A DNA stretch of 64,000 nucleotides from Leptolyngbyaceae cyanobacterium (GTDB taxonomy: Bacteria; Cyanobacteriota; Cyanobacteriia; Phormidesmidales; Phormidesmidaceae): the NCBI GenBank assembly GCA_965263355.1, contig CBDHHL010000056.1:704001-768000 (forward strand), given 5' to 3'. A model generated the notes under the pieces. The model ran no database searches, was not told the origin of the DNA, and saw only the letters and a list, made by a program, of their open reading frames with translations. Positions 18,051 to 29,533 of the stretch are shown piece by piece. Positions within the stretch are counted from its first letter, which is position 1. Each line of letters begins with the position of its first letter. The translations under genes and the position numbers were made by a program.

Positions 18051-19082
18051 CTACGGGCTTTCGTTTAAGGCAAGCTCAATCAGATGGGGAACCTGTTGAA
18101 TCTGTTCTTCTGTCACCATTAAATTAGTCACAGCTCTGATGGCATTCTGCCCTACAGTCAAAACGTAAACGCCTTTTAACCTAAGGCGATCTACGAGTAC
18201 TTGAGCGGGCACTGTTTTGGTTTGAAAAACAACAATATTGGTCTCGACTGTTTTGGGATCAATCTCAATCCCAGGGATTGATTTTAGTCCTTGGGCTAAG
18301 GTCTGGGCATTGATGTGGTCTTCTTTGAGATGGGCTCGATGGTGTTTGAGGGCATAGATGGCTCCTGCGGCCATCATGCCAGCCTGACGCATGCCGCCGC
18401 CAAACATTTTGCGAAAACGTCGGGCCCGTTCGATAAAGTCTTTTGATCCGGCTAACATCGAGCCCATGGGGGCTCCTAATCCTTTGGAGAAACAAACGCT
18501 GACGGAGTCAAAGGCTCTGACGTAGTCTATTTCGGACGTATTGGTAGCGATACAGGCATTCCAAAGGCGGGCACCATCGAGGTGAAGTTTTAGACCATAC
18601 TGCTGACAGATTGATGCGATCGCATCGATCTCTGCCAACGGATAAATTTTGCCGCCGCCTCGATTATGGGTATTTTCCAGACAGACTAATTTGGTTTTGG
18701 GAAAGTGTACATCGTTAGGGCGTAGGACCTTTTCCAAATCCGCTGCGGTGAAAACGCCTCGATTCCCATCAATCAGACGACACATAACGCCTGAAAGGGC
18801 TGCTGGCGCTCCGCCCTCATAGTAGTAAATGTGGGCCTGGGACTCCAGGATCACCTCATCCCCAGGTTCCGTATGGGCCCGCAGTGCCACCTGATTGGTC
18901 ATCGTACCAGAGGGCATGTAGACCGCTGATTCTTTACCTAAAAGACCTGCGACAAATCGCTCCAACTGCTGCACCGTGGGATCGTCACCCAAAACATCGT
19001 CGCCCACCTCAGCAGTGGAAATGGCCTCTCTCATGCCATCGGTAGGTTGTGTAACTGTGTCACTTCTTAAATCAATTGGCAT
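18051..19082 (-). CDS. ltaE: Low-specificity L-threonine aldolase
   Basis: IDLRSDTVTQP, PSGTM.NQ, LENTHN, HLDGAR, SKGLGAP.GS motifs. Confidence 0.93.
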   Translation of the reverse strand: MPIDLRSDTVTQPTDGMREAISTAEVGDDVLGDDPTVQQLERFVAGLLGKESAVYMPSGTMTNQVALRAHTEPGDEVILESQAHIYYYEGGAPAALSGVMCRLIDGNRGVFTAADLEKVLRPNDVHFPKTKLVCLENTHNRGGGKIYPLAEIDAIASICQQYGLKLHLDGARLWNACIATNTSEIDYVRAFDSVSVCFSKGLGAPMGSMLAGSKDFIERARRFRKMFGGGMRQAGMMAAGAIYALKHHRAHLKEDHINAQTLAQGLKSIPGIEIDPKTVETNIVVFQTKTVPAQVLVDRLRLKGVYVLTVGQNAIRAVTNLMVTEEQIQQVPHLIELALNESP

Positions 19083-19125
19083 GGGTTTGGGGGTATCCTA
19101 TGGGCCTTTTCTTGTCGGCAGACCG

Positions 19126-19551
19126 CTATAATCGGCAGGCTTCCTCGGGCTGACAGCGCTGGTTGCGTTGGGCAATGATGGTGGCTAAATCAGGACGACC
19201 CGTCAGTTTCAAACGCCAGTCGGCCCAAATGTCATAAAACTTGTCTACCAGAGGACCAAGGAGAGGCCATTGGGTCGGTGCATACATCCAGCCAATCCCT
19301 AGCACCGTATACACCTGGCGAAACACCTCGATATTTTGAATCACACTACCATCGGGTAGAACCGCGTGAATACGGTCCATGGCTGCTTCAAAGGAAACAC
19401 CACCATTGGCAGCTGGATCGTAATCGTCAGCTGCAATGTCTGTAAACGATACTAAACCACGACCATTGTCTTTCTTTTGCAAGAAATTCACCTCGCGCAG
19501 ACACAAGGGGCAATCGCCGTCGTAAAGCAGCTTAACTTTCCAGTCGGTCAT
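19126..19551 (-). CDS. DCC1-like thiol-disulfide oxidoreductase (DUF393)
   Basis: LLYDGDCPLC motif. Confidence 0.9.
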   Translation of the reverse strand: MTDWKVKLLYDGDCPLCLREVNFLQKKDNGRGLVSFTDIAADDYDPAANGGVSFEAAMDRIHAVLPDGSVIQNIEVFRQVYTVLGIGWMYAPTQWPLLGPLVDKFYDIWADWRLKLTGRPDLATIIAQRNQRCQPEEACRL

Positions 19552-19825
19552 GGAGATGAGGTTCAATGGGGTTTGTGTACACTGGTAGTCTAAATTGGTT
19601 TGTTAATTCTTGCTGGCGAGGGGTTGCCATGAGCGCCATAATCCTTAACTGGCCCAAAGGGGAGTCAGTAGATCGGGGATAATACTAGCCAGACCATAAA
19701 ATTCTTTCAGCTGATAACGGCATTGATCCGAAATTCTAGGTAATCTAAACTGCAATCTCCACCAAAAGAACTGCAGAAATCCAGTAATTTCGCTATTGAA
19801 TCATTGAATTATTCAATTTCCTTTC

Positions 19826-20704
19826 ATGTCCCTTGTCGCCTTCCTTGGAGCTATTGAAACCGGTTTGCTCTATGGCTTTCTAAGCCTTGGAGTTTACCTT
19901 TCGTTTCGAGTACTCAAGTTTCCTGATCTGACGGTAGACGGTAGTTTTCCCCTGGGGGCAGCGGTGGTGGCCACCCTGATTACCCAAGGTGTAAATCCTT
20001 GGATGGCTACCGTCGTTGCCATGGTAGCCGGGGCGTTAGCTGGGCTATGCACCGCCATTCTGAGTGTGCGGTTTAATATCCTTAACTTGTTGGCCAGCAT
20101 TCTTACTATGATTGCGCTTTATTCCATTAATTTGCGCATTATGGGACGGCCCAATGTACCTTTGCTGAATAAAGCTACGCTGTTTGATGGTTTGGAGTCC
20201 ATTGTGCCTATCTGGGTTCTTTTGCTGGTAGGTCTAGGGGTAACCAAACTGCTGCTCGACTTTTTTCTGACGTCGGACTTAGGGCTGGCGATGCGGGCAA
20301 CGGGAATGAATCCGGTGATGGCCAGTGCCCAAGGCATTTTTGCTGACCGGCTGATTTTGCTGGGTATGGCTATGAGCAATGCTCTGGCGGCGTTATCAGG
20401 CGCTTTGTTTGCCCAGGTAAATGGGTTTGCAGATGTGTCTTTGGGAGTGGGTACAGTCGTGGTTGGTTTAGCTACGGTGATTTTAGGGGAAGCGATTTTT
20501 CCTAGTCGCACGGTGCGCTGGGCGACGCTGGCGGTCGTTTTGGGCTGTCTTATTTATCGTTTGGTGATTGCTGTGGCTCTAAATGCTGATTTTCTGGGGT
20601 TACGGGCCCAGGATCTAAATCTGGTGACGGCTATTATTGTGGTGATGGCGTTAGTGTTGCCTAAGGTGACTGTGTTGGCGAAATTTAAGACCATTGACCA
20701 TTGA
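19826..20704 (+). CDS. ABC transporter permease (putative aromatic amino acid type)
   Basis: FPDLTVDGSFPLG, LYSINLRIMG, GLAMRATG motifs. Confidence 0.88.
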   Translation: MSLVAFLGAIETGLLYGFLSLGVYLSFRVLKFPDLTVDGSFPLGAAVVATLITQGVNPWMATVVAMVAGALAGLCTAILSVRFNILNLLASILTMIALYSINLRIMGRPNVPLLNKATLFDGLESIVPIWVLLLVGLGVTKLLLDFFLTSDLGLAMRATGMNPVMASAQGIFADRLILLGMAMSNALAALSGALFAQVNGFADVSLGVGTVVVGLATVILGEAIFPSRTVRWATLAVVLGCLIYRLVIAVALNADFLGLRAQDLNLVTAIIVVMALVLPKVTVLAKFKTIDH

Positions 20705-20797
20705 CCATTGCTGTGGTTTGTTGGGTTTCGTGCCTCTGCCTACGGCCCATTGACCATTGCTGTGGTTTGTTGGGTTTCGTGCCTCTACCCAACCTAC
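20698..20797. repeat. CCATTGA heptamers plus REP-like GTTGGGTTTCG..CTACCCAACCTAC palindrome; 40-bp duplication
   Basis: 20698-20737 is identical to 20747-20786; the palindrome ends in CTAC (GTAG on minus). Confidence 0.65.
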
Positions 20798-20816
20798 GGT
20801 TTACGGTTTATTGCCT

Positions 20817-21602
20817 ATGATTTCCCTGACCGATATTTATGTCACGTTTAATTCTGGGACGCCGTTGGCTAAACCGGCGTTATTGGGGATTAATTTGGAT
20901 ATTGTGGCTGGGGAATTTATTACGGTAATCGGTAGTAATGGGGCGGGTAAATCTACGCTGCTTAATATTATTAGTGGTGATAATCGGTGTGACCGGGGAC
21001 GGATCGCCGTTGATGCTCAGGATGTGACGGCTTGGCCAACGGCCCGACGGGCTGCTCTGGTGTCGCGGGTGTTTCAAAATCCCCTGGCTGGGTCCTGTGC
21101 TGATTTGACTATTGAAGAAAATTTGGTACTCGCGCTTCGGCGGGGCCAGCTACGGGGGCTGAGACCAGCTCTCAATCATCGTTTGCGGGATCAGTTTCGG
21201 GCGCGGTTAGCCAGTTTAGAGTTGGGGTTAGAAAATCGACTTTGCGATCGCATCGGTTTACTATCCGGTGGTCAACGTCAGGCTATAAGCCTAGTCATGG
21301 CCACCCTGGCCCCAGCCAAAATCCTATTACTCGATGAACATACCGCCGCCCTAGACCCCAAAACAGCCCATTTCATCATGCAGCTCACGGACCAACTTGT
21401 AAACGAGCATCGCCTAACCACCCTAATGGTGACCCACAGCATGCGTCAGGCCCTATCCGTAGGTAACCGGCTGCTGATGCTCCACGAAGGCCGGGTTGTC
21501 TTTGATGCCGACTCATCCGAGAAAGCGCATCTTTCCGTTAATAATCTCCTGGAACGCTTTGCTAGTGATGGTCTGAGTGACGATAGTCTGTTGCTGAGCT
21601 AA
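20817..21602 (+). CDS. ABC transporter ATP-binding protein
   Basis: GSNGAGKST, LSGGQRQ, LLLDEH motifs. Confidence 0.92.
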   Translation: MISLTDIYVTFNSGTPLAKPALLGINLDIVAGEFITVIGSNGAGKSTLLNIISGDNRCDRGRIAVDAQDVTAWPTARRAALVSRVFQNPLAGSCADLTIEENLVLALRRGQLRGLRPALNHRLRDQFRARLASLELGLENRLCDRIGLLSGGQRQAISLVMATLAPAKILLLDEHTAALDPKTAHFIMQLTDQLVNEHRLTTLMVTHSMRQALSVGNRLLMLHEGRVVFDADSSEKAHLSVNNLLERFASDGLSDDSLLLS

Positions 21603-21893
21603 TGGGGCACAGGCGTCAGGGTAAACAAAGCAATCGCTTATCAAGCTGTTAACATACCGTGACTTAAATTTGCAAAAACTGGCTCAAAATACCGCAGATT
21701 GAGTCTAAAAACTTAATCTGATAGGTCGTATTTATTTAACTTCATTAAAAAATACTTAACGACTTAACGATGCTTTTGTCACGATTGATGCAGCCTAGTC
21801 CATATAAATCAGGTATTCTATGACTCAATTGATAGGGGACAGTCAGGTAAGATTAAAAAATCTACTAGAGGAATAATTCTATCTCTAATAAAA

Positions 21894-21920
21894 GTTACAT
21901 TACTTAAAATATGCTAATCT
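21894..21920 (+). promoter_or_regulatory. Possible HLR1 (RpaB)-like direct repeat next to an extended -10, upstream of sigD
   Basis: GTTACATT-AC-TTAAAATA then TGC-TAATCT; second half-site imperfect. Confidence 0.3.
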
Positions 21921-22209
21921 GGGTTTACTAGAGAGCGGCATTACTATTTCTGTTCAGTAGTCCGTACAATTTTCTTGATCTATCTAATTTATCTGTGTAC
22001 TTGTAACCGTCGTTTATGTAGTTGTCTCAATATCTGCAAACGTTCTTTGTTATTGCGAAACATCCTTCGGTTTCGATGCGACTGGTGTTTCAAGAGTTTT
22101 CAGATATATTTCATTTCGCATTTGTTTGCGTTTCATCTGTTTATTTAATTTTTCCCACCCTGGTTAAGGGGCATTGATTTCTCTCTGTAGTTTGTGATTT
22201 AGCATATCT

Positions 22210-23166
22210 ATGAAAGCTGCTCAAACATCCAGCGATTTGGTTCGCACATATCTCAAGGAAATTGGGCGAGTACCGCTGTTAACCCATGAGCAAGAAGTTG
22301 TCTATGGAAAGCAGGTACAAAGACTCGTCACTCTTCACGGTTACAGAACTGAGCTTCAGGAAAGTCTGGGATGTCAGCCTAGTAAGTCGGAATGGGCTAA
22401 GGCTGCTGGTGTTTCTGTTGATGAGTTAACTAAGGCCATTAATGCTGGCGAACTAGCCAAGCGTCGCATGGTAGAAGCTAACCTGCGTTTAGTTGTGTCA
22501 GTGGCCAAGAAGTATATTAAGCGTAATGTGGACTTGCTGGACTTGATTCAGGAAGGCACCATCGGCATGCAGCGTGGGGTGGAAAAGTTTGACCCACTCA
22601 AAGGGTACCGTTTTTCCACCTATGCCTACTGGTGGATTCGACAAGCCATTACTCGTGCTATTGCGGAGAAGAGTCGTACTATCCGTTTACCGATTCATAT
22701 TACAGAGAAGCTCAACAAGATTAAGAAAGCTCAACGTCAGTTATCCCAAAAGCTAGGGCGGGCTGCGACTGTTGCTGAACTGGCGGAAGAGGTACAACTT
22801 ACGCCTAAGCAGGTTAGGGACTACTTAGAAAAGTCTCGTACGCCCCTTTCTTTGGATCTGCGTATTGGTGATAACCAAGATACAAATCTGGGTGACTTGT
22901 TGGAGGATCCGGGACAGTCACCTGAAGACTATGCTACTCAATCTCTGCTGCGTAAGGATCTCGATGTCCTGATGGCAGAATTAACCCCACAGCAGCAGCG
23001 TGTGTTAAATCTGCGATTTGGTTTAGATGATGGCAAGCACATGACCTTGGCAAAAATTGGAGAGATATTGAGCATTAGCCGTGAGCGGGTGCGTCAAATC
23101 GAGCGAGAAGCACTAACTCGGTTACGCAAGCGTCAGGCTGATATGCGTGAGTACTTGGCTAGCTAA
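22210..23166 (+). CDS. sigD: Group 2 sigma-70 factor (SigD-like)
   Basis: [50 protein letters not shown]; short N-terminus of SigD type. Confidence 0.75.
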   Translation: MKAAQTSSDLVRTYLKEIGRVPLLTHEQEVVYGKQVQRLVTLHGYRTELQESLGCQPSKSEWAKAAGVSVDELTKAINAGELAKRRMVEANLRLVVSVAKKYIKRNVDLLDLIQEGTIGMQRGVEKFDPLKGYRFSTYAYWWIRQAITRAIAEKSRTIRLPIHITEKLNKIKKAQRQLSQKLGRAATVAELAEEVQLTPKQVRDYLEKSRTPLSLDLRIGDNQDTNLGDLLEDPGQSPEDYATQSLLRKDLDVLMAELTPQQQRVLNLRFGLDDGKHMTLAKIGEILSISRERVRQIEREALTRLRKRQADMREYLAS

Positions 23167-24108
23167 ATGGTAAAACTTGTTCCCAATGGTCCTGAAATTT
23201 CGCCGTTAGGCGTGGGCACCTGGTCCTGGGGAGATTCTTTATTTTGGCAGTACGGCAAAGGCTATGGTGCCAGCGATGTACAGCAGGCATTTGCCGCTTC
23301 TCTGGCCGTAGGTGTAACCTTCTTTGATACGGCTGAGATTTATGGGTTAGGTAAATCTGAAGAGCTGTTGGGGCAATTTATCCAGGCGACCGAGACGCCA
23401 GTGGTCGTAGCGACCAAGTATTTCCCATTGCCCTGGCGATTTAATGCCCAAGCAGTGGCGGATGCGCTGACGGCTAGTCTAAAGCGATTGCAACTACCAA
23501 CGGTGGCACTCTATCAAGTCCATTGGCCCTTTGATTTTTTGATGGGGCAAAAAACATTGATGAATGCTCTGGCGGATGAAGTTAAGCAGGGTCGCATTCA
23601 GTCCATTGGGGTGAGTAATTATTCCGCTAGCCAGATGCATCAGGCCCATGGTTATCTGGCTGAGCGAGGAATTCCCCTGGCGGTTAATCAGGTGCAATAT
23701 TCTCTTTTGCATCGCAAGCCTGAATCTAATGGGGTGCTTGATGCTGCTAAAGATCTAGGCATGACAATTTTGGCCTACAGTCCGCTGGCCCAAGGTTTGG
23801 TGACTGGCAAGTATACGGTGGAGAACTATCAGCCACCTACGGGAGCACGTCGCCTTGACCCACGGTTTAGTAAAGACGGTTTGCGCAAAATTGAACCAGT
23901 GATTGCGGTGCTTCAAGACCTGGGGCAGCAGTACAATAAAACCTCTGCCCAAGTTGCCCTTAACTGGCTCATGGGTCAGGGTGATGTAGTACCGATTCCA
24001 GGGGCAAAAAATGCTCAGCAGGCAGAGCAAAATGCGGCTGCCCTAGGGTGGTCAATGACCTCGGCAGAGCGAGAACAGATTAGAGCTGTGACTGAACCCT
24101 GGCTTTAG
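23167..24108 (+). CDS. Aldo/keto reductase
   Basis: LGVGTWSWG, FDTAEIYG, IGVSNY, AYSPLAQG motifs. Confidence 0.92.
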   Translation: MVKLVPNGPEISPLGVGTWSWGDSLFWQYGKGYGASDVQQAFAASLAVGVTFFDTAEIYGLGKSEELLGQFIQATETPVVVATKYFPLPWRFNAQAVADALTASLKRLQLPTVALYQVHWPFDFLMGQKTLMNALADEVKQGRIQSIGVSNYSASQMHQAHGYLAERGIPLAVNQVQYSLLHRKPESNGVLDAAKDLGMTILAYSPLAQGLVTGKYTVENYQPPTGARRLDPRFSKDGLRKIEPVIAVLQDLGQQYNKTSAQVALNWLMGQGDVVPIPGAKNAQQAEQNAAALGWSMTSAEREQIRAVTEPWL

Positions 24109-24169
24109 ACAGGAATTCTAAATTCGGTCATGTCCCATAGGAAATCGGATTACCTGCGACCGATATTCC

Positions 24170-24249
24170 AGGGCGGACACAAGGCACCGCACCTACCAGG
24201 TTGGTTTTCTATTTAAAATCGAAGGGCATCCACAAGGGAGTGCCCCTAC
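24170..24249. repeat. Two REP-like palindromes ending CCTAC
   Basis: GGGCGGACACAAGGCACCGCACCTAC and GGGCATCCACAAGGGAGTGCCCCTAC, between convergent genes. Confidence 0.6.
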
Positions 24250-24382
24250 GGGATTGTCCATTTTTAATCGGGTTTAATGAATTCGGATTTGGTGTAACTT
24301 CTGCATTTCGTAGAGCTTTGCTCTTCTCGCAGAGTATTTCGCATTCTAACCCAGCCAAGATTTCCCGACTAATGTTGATACC

Positions 24383-26746
24383 CTATAGTTGCTTAATCGG
24401 CAGCGTAATGGTGAAAGTTGTTCCCTGGCCCGGTGCAGTATCGTAATTGATGGTGCCACCATGGGTTTCAGTAATAATTTGATAGCTGATCGATAGACCG
24501 AGACCGCTGCCTTTTCCCACTGGTTTAGTCGTAAAGAAGGGATCAAAAATGTGTTCGATGGCACGCTGATGGATGCCTGGACCATTGTCGCAAATTGCGA
24601 TCGCAACTGCCGGATGCGTTAACTGCCCCAGCAACTGAGTCCAAATTTTAATCGTACTGGGCTCCTGTTCCATCTGTTGCCAAGTGCGATGTTTATCCCG
24701 CTCTTCCAAAGCATCCACCGCATTGCTCAACAGGTTCATAAAGACCTGATTGAGTTGGCCAGCATAACATTCAATTTTTGGTAGCTGGCCATACTCTTTG
24801 AACACTTGAATGGCTGGACGCCAGGGTTGGGCCCTTAGCCGGGTTTTCAAAATAGTCAGCGTACTATCTAGACCGTCATGCAGATCTACCTGCTTAATTT
24901 CCGCCTCATCTAGACGAGAAAACAACCGTAGGGATTTGACGATCTCTCGGATGCGTTCAGTCCCCACTTCCATGGATTGAAACAGTTTTGGCAAATCATC
25001 CTTTAGAAAGTCCAATTCGATATCATGGATGGTGGCCTGAATATCAGGGTGGGCGTTGGGATAATGAGATTGATAACGCTCAATTAGAGTGACTAAACCC
25101 TGGGTATAGTTCTTAGCATGGACGAGATTTCCATAGATAAAACTCACCGGATTATTAATCTCATGGGCTACCCCTGCTACCATTTGTCCAAGGCTAGACA
25201 TTTTTGCGCTTTGTACTAATTGAGATTGGGTTTTTTGTAGCCGAATAAGCAGTGTTTCTAATTCTTTATTGGACGTCAGCAGTGCTTGTTCAACCTGCAT
25301 ACGTTCTATTTCTGCCCCTGCCCGTGCTGCAAAAATCTCTAAAATAAATGCCTGCAATTCTCTCTCCGGCCCCATAGGATCAGTGTCAACGACCGAAATA
25401 AATCCTAAGAGATTGCCGCTAGAATCTGAAACTGGAACACCAATATAACTTTCGGCACCGAGGACGACAAGAAGACCTTCTTCAGGAAATTGTTTTTGAA
25501 CGGAATGCTCATAACGACAGATCTCATGGGTCTGAACGATTTTAGAGCAGGGATTGTTTACTAAAACATACTGAAAATTATCACCAAACTCTGAATTGTT
25601 CCAAAATGCCAGGGTTCTAGCAAATTTTTGATCTGCTTCTTGAACAACTTCAGCAATCAGCGCATAGCGGCCATCAAGGGCTAAGGCTAAATGTTTAACA
25701 CAGGCTTGAAAAAAAGCTTCGCCAGTTTGGGTAGCAGTGCCTTCTACAATCAGGCGCAGCGCCTGCTCCTGACGTTTACGTTCAGCGTCCAGTTGGATGC
25801 GCTCACGGATATCTTGTAAAACGCATAGGGCATGAAGTTTTCCTTGATACAGATAAGGAATTCCCCTAATTTCAAGCTCAATGAAACTGCCATCACGATG
25901 AACATTCTTCGTTTGCCCCATATAGATATCGCCCGTTTGCACAACTGCGATCAATTCTTGGTAAACGTACTGAAATTCTGGATGGATATAGGTTTCAGGT
26001 GGTAGATAGATAAAGTCTTGATAGGGATAACCATGCATTTGGTAGTAGGCCGGATTGGCTTCTATCAATTCTCCAGTTTCCAGATTTAGAATCCCTAGAC
26101 CATCGGTAACCGTTTCAAAAATTTGTTGATATTGAGCTTGTTGCTGATGTAATCGTTCCTCAGCCTGTTTTCGACCGGTGATGTCGCGTGATACCCCAAC
26201 CGTTAAGCTAATCTCTCCTTGAGAATTGCGAATGGCAGATTTAATTGTGTTAAAGTGTCGGACTTCGCCATCATGGCGAGTAATCGGTTCTTCTACTTCA
26301 ATCGATTGCCCGGATGTAAACACATAGGCATCGTCACGAATATATTGTTGCGTGTAATCAGGGTCATTAAAATCAGCATCAATCAGGTCTTGGAGCTCGT
26401 CATTGCCCATATCGTAGTAGCTTCGAAATGCCTGATTGGCCCAGACGATATGGGAATTTTCACGCTTCACTAGTACCATATCGGTAATAGAGTCAAGTAT
26501 TTTATGAGCTGTAGTATCCATAAGTGTTCCTGAAACACCTATAACGGCACCTTGGGAATCATGCAGTTGTGTCTGCAGACTCTGTAGCTCATTACGTACA
26601 TCCTGAAGTGCTTGGGTTGTTTGCTGGTGTGCTTTTTGCTCGTTAGCTAATTGCTCTTGCAGGCGTTGGTTAACGGCCTCTAGCTCCCCCATTCGTTGCT
26701 GATAATTTTCCAGATTTTTATCCATCAGTATTTTGAATATGAGCAA
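24383..26746 (-). CDS. PAS-PAS-GAF sensor histidine kinase
   Basis: VAHEINNP H-box; NQVFMNLLSNA, DNGPGI, FTTKPVGKGSGLGL motifs. Confidence 0.93.
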   Translation of the reverse strand: MLIFKILMDKNLENYQQRMGELEAVNQRLQEQLANEQKAHQQTTQALQDVRNELQSLQTQLHDSQGAVIGVSGTLMDTTAHKILDSITDMVLVKRENSHIVWANQAFRSYYDMGNDELQDLIDADFNDPDYTQQYIRDDAYVFTSGQSIEVEEPITRHDGEVRHFNTIKSAIRNSQGEISLTVGVSRDITGRKQAEERLHQQQAQYQQIFETVTDGLGILNLETGELIEANPAYYQMHGYPYQDFIYLPPETYIHPEFQYVYQELIAVVQTGDIYMGQTKNVHRDGSFIELEIRGIPYLYQGKLHALCVLQDIRERIQLDAERKRQEQALRLIVEGTATQTGEAFFQACVKHLALALDGRYALIAEVVQEADQKFARTLAFWNNSEFGDNFQYVLVNNPCSKIVQTHEICRYEHSVQKQFPEEGLLVVLGAESYIGVPVSDSSGNLLGFISVVDTDPMGPERELQAFILEIFAARAGAEIERMQVEQALLTSNKELETLLIRLQKTQSQLVQSAKMSSLGQMVAGVAHEINNPVSFIYGNLVHAKNYTQGLVTLIERYQSHYPNAHPDIQATIHDIELDFLKDDLPKLFQSMEVGTERIREIVKSLRLFSRLDEAEIKQVDLHDGLDSTLTILKTRLRAQPWRPAIQVFKEYGQLPKIECYAGQLNQVFMNLLSNAVDALEERDKHRTWQQMEQEPSTIKIWTQLLGQLTHPAVAIAICDNGPGIHQRAIEHIFDPFFTTKPVGKGSGLGLSISYQIITETHGGTINYDTAPGQGTTFTITLPIKQL

Positions 26747-26929
26747 GCCAGTTCAATGGTTAGCTAGTCGATAGGCAAATGCATTATCAAATAGATTTTT
26801 GACTATCAAAAAATAATAAAATTTATGATGGCTTTAGAGCGGACTTATTCAAGTATTGAAGCTGTATGGGGAGATTGAGTTCCTTTTTACTGGGTTACAT
26901 CACTGATCAACCATGTTAGGGCATACACA

Positions 26930-27730
26930 ATGACAATAAATACATTGACAGAGGGCAAAACTCAGGACGTTTACGGTGTTTTGAGTCAGACTCAACGCCA
27001 GCGGGTTAGTGATGGTATCGAGTCTACATTGCTAACAACTGCGACCAAGCAGCTGGTACTGGTTTGGCCCCAGCTGGGTGACTTTGATAGTTTGGAATAT
27101 GCCTGGTGGCTGCAACGGGGTGCTAGGGAGCTGGCGGCCAAGGGCTTCACTGTAAGGGCGGTTGGTATTGGCGATCGCAACTCAGGCAAAGCGTTTTGTG
27201 ACTATACAGGCTTTCCCGAAGAGTCGCTGCTGTTAGACCCAGACGCTACCCTCCACAAGCAATTGGGCCTTTACCCAGGTCTGACACTTGCCATACCCGG
27301 ATTAAATCAGCGTCAGAATGCCTGGTTAAATCTGTTGCTGATGTGTGCAGGCATTGGCAGTCCTGGGACGCTGTCGGAAGTATTTCGAGGGTATTTGGGC
27401 GATCGCAATGCGCCCCAGCTGATTGAGGAGGATGAAATAGTCCAGGCAATGCCACTGCCACCGATTAAGGGAAAATTCTTTAATCGGGCTGGGGGCAAGG
27501 GTTTTCAGCGACCGTTTGAGTTGGCCACACTACGCCTACGAAATATGGTGGAAGTGTTGGGCAAATGGACGACCTATGTGCCAGACGTGAGTCACATTAC
27601 CCAGCGTGGGGCCACCTATGTGATTGTCAATAGTGCGGTAGTTTATGGGCATTGCGATCGCAACATTCTGGGGTTTGCCGCCAACATGAGTCGTCCCCTA
27701 TCATTTCTAGATGAGTTAGAAATACCTTAG
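26930..27730 (+). CDS. AhpC/TSA peroxiredoxin-like protein
   Basis: PQLGDFDSLEYA, MCAGIGSPGTL.EV.RGY, QRPFELATLRL, TQRGAT motifs. Confidence 0.75.
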   Translation: MTINTLTEGKTQDVYGVLSQTQRQRVSDGIESTLLTTATKQLVLVWPQLGDFDSLEYAWWLQRGARELAAKGFTVRAVGIGDRNSGKAFCDYTGFPEESLLLDPDATLHKQLGLYPGLTLAIPGLNQRQNAWLNLLLMCAGIGSPGTLSEVFRGYLGDRNAPQLIEEDEIVQAMPLPPIKGKFFNRAGGKGFQRPFELATLRLRNMVEVLGKWTTYVPDVSHITQRGATYVIVNSAVVYGHCDRNILGFAANMSRPLSFLDELEIP

Positions 27731-27749
27731 AAACATCGATGTGCCCCAG

Positions 27750-28583
27750 TTACACACGCTGACGTGAGAGTTTTTGCTCCAACTGTGTGATCAATATGCC
27801 AGGGAAACCAGGCTCCCGATATAAATGAGAGGGAATTTTATCCTTAATCTCGTCATGCAGCTTCGGCAGCTCGCTCCAGTGGCGTCCACATTGAAGATGA
27901 TGGGCCGTATGGTATCCCAAATTACAGGTAAAAAAGTTATACCACCGATCGGTAATGTTGTAAGTCGCTTGATAGGGATCTGGGTGATCTAACCCGGCAT
28001 GGTGATAGTAGGTTTTGTGGATAGTCATAAAGAACAATATGACCATCGGAATAATGAAAATAGTCAAGGCTTTGAGCCAGTTTATCCAAAGAAACAGCCC
28101 TAGAACCGATAGGGTCAACACAATATTTTGAATTAGCCTGTAGCGAGATTTTGGGTAACGTTTTCCCACATTGAATGCCGTTGGATAAGCCATCAGACCA
28201 ACCATAAAGGTATATTCCATCTGGGACATTACCTTACCCTCTGGGGTTTTCCAGGCAGATTCATCTTTAGACTGGTCCAGGTAATTGATATGGTGACCCA
28301 AGGTATGGTGTAAAACCCAGCCTTCACCAACAATTCCTGTCTGTAAGCCCATTATCAATTCGATCAGGCGGTTGGCCCAAGGACGGGTAAAAAAATTGCA
28401 GTGTTGGTGATTATGGTTCCAGCTGCAGATTAAGCCTTTAATAATAAGACTCGCGCTTACCCATAGAATCGGGACAACGATGGCAGTACTGAACAGAAAA
28501 ACGCCTAAATCAATTACAAAAATAAATAATATGACTGTAACAGGATAATAATCAATCCGGTTTCTGACCAGCGTTGTGCTCAT
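27750..28583 (-). CDS. Fatty acid desaturase family protein
   Basis: His boxes HNHQH, HHTLGHH, YHH, HTAHH. Confidence 0.88.
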   Translation of the reverse strand: MSTTLVRNRIDYYPVTVILFIFVIDLGVFLFSTAIVVPILWVSASLIIKGLICSWNHNHQHCNFFTRPWANRLIELIMGLQTGIVGEGWVLHHTLGHHINYLDQSKDESAWKTPEGKVMSQMEYTFMVGLMAYPTAFNVGKRYPKSRYRLIQNIVLTLSVLGLFLWINWLKALTIFIIPMVILFFMTIHKTYYHHAGLDHPDPYQATYNITDRWYNFFTCNLGYHTAHHLQCGRHWSELPKLHDEIKDKIPSHLYREPGFPGILITQLEQKLSRQRV

Positions 28584-28703
28584 AGTTGGGCAGAGTTTTT
28601 AACAATGGTGACTTTAGTAGTCGTTTTTTCACTATACGGTCTCCGTCTGCCTAATAATTGAAGTCTGTATCACAAAGCGAAGCCATCAGAGCTTTAATCC
28701 GCC

Positions 28704-29429
28704 TTAGCCTGCCGTACCCCAAAGCAGCATTATCCCTAAAGCAATTAGCAACATAGATATCAGGTGCTTAAAACGTCGAGGTGAAATTCGTTGATTGAGG
28801 TAACGCCCTATGCCGACTCCGGCCAAAATCCCTGGAATACTCCAAAGGTAAAGACTGATGACCTGCTCGGTCCATGAACCTGCTAAGCCATGGCTAACGA
28901 GGATAGTAAGGGCGGTAGGCAGAAAATAGCCCTGGAGGGTTGCCTGAAATCGGGTTGGGGGCCACTGTTGCATGGTTCCATAGATGACGACAGGTGGACC
29001 GCTGGTGTTGTAAGCTCCCCCTAAAATGCCAGCAACAAAGCCAAAGCCGTAGCCCCAACTAGGGTAATGCAACTTTGGCAAGGGAGCATTGGTACAACGA
29101 TAGATGCCGAAAAGGATCAGCAGAATTCCTAACGCTCCGACTACTAATGGTTCGGGTACAGTGCGAATTAGTACAATGCCCAAGGGGACTCCTACAACGG
29201 TACCTAGAAATAACCGCCATGCTGGCCCGATAAAAATCTTTTTCCAGTTCAGCAGCACAATGCAAAAGGTGGCAGTGGTTGCCGCCAGGTTGAAGAGGGG
29301 GGCCGCTGTTTGCAGACCTAACACTGCTGTCAGCAAAGGCATGGATAGTAAGGCAGCGCCAAAACCAAAGGTGGCGGATGTTGCGATCGCGACAAACAGA
29401 ATAAGGGCGATCAAAAGGGGTAAGGGCAT
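28704..29429 (-). CDS. TauE/SafE sulfite exporter family
   Basis: GFGAAL..MP.L, GILGGAY.TSGPP; multi-TM. Confidence 0.85.
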   Translation of the reverse strand: MPLPLLIALILFVAIATSATFGFGAALLSMPLLTAVLGLQTAAPLFNLAATTATFCIVLLNWKKIFIGPAWRLFLGTVVGVPLGIVLIRTVPEPLVVGALGILLILFGIYRCTNAPLPKLHYPSWGYGFGFVAGILGGAYNTSGPPVVIYGTMQQWPPTRFQATLQGYFLPTALTILVSHGLAGSWTEQVISLYLWSIPGILAGVGIGRYLNQRISPRRFKHLISMLLIALGIMLLWGTAG

Positions 29430-29533
29430 TTGTGATACGGTACCGCGTTAATGGTCGAACGCATCTACCGTATCAGGCAAGGGGAGGATTTTAGGTAAGG
29501 AGAGAATGCGATCTCATTATCCAACTCATTGGT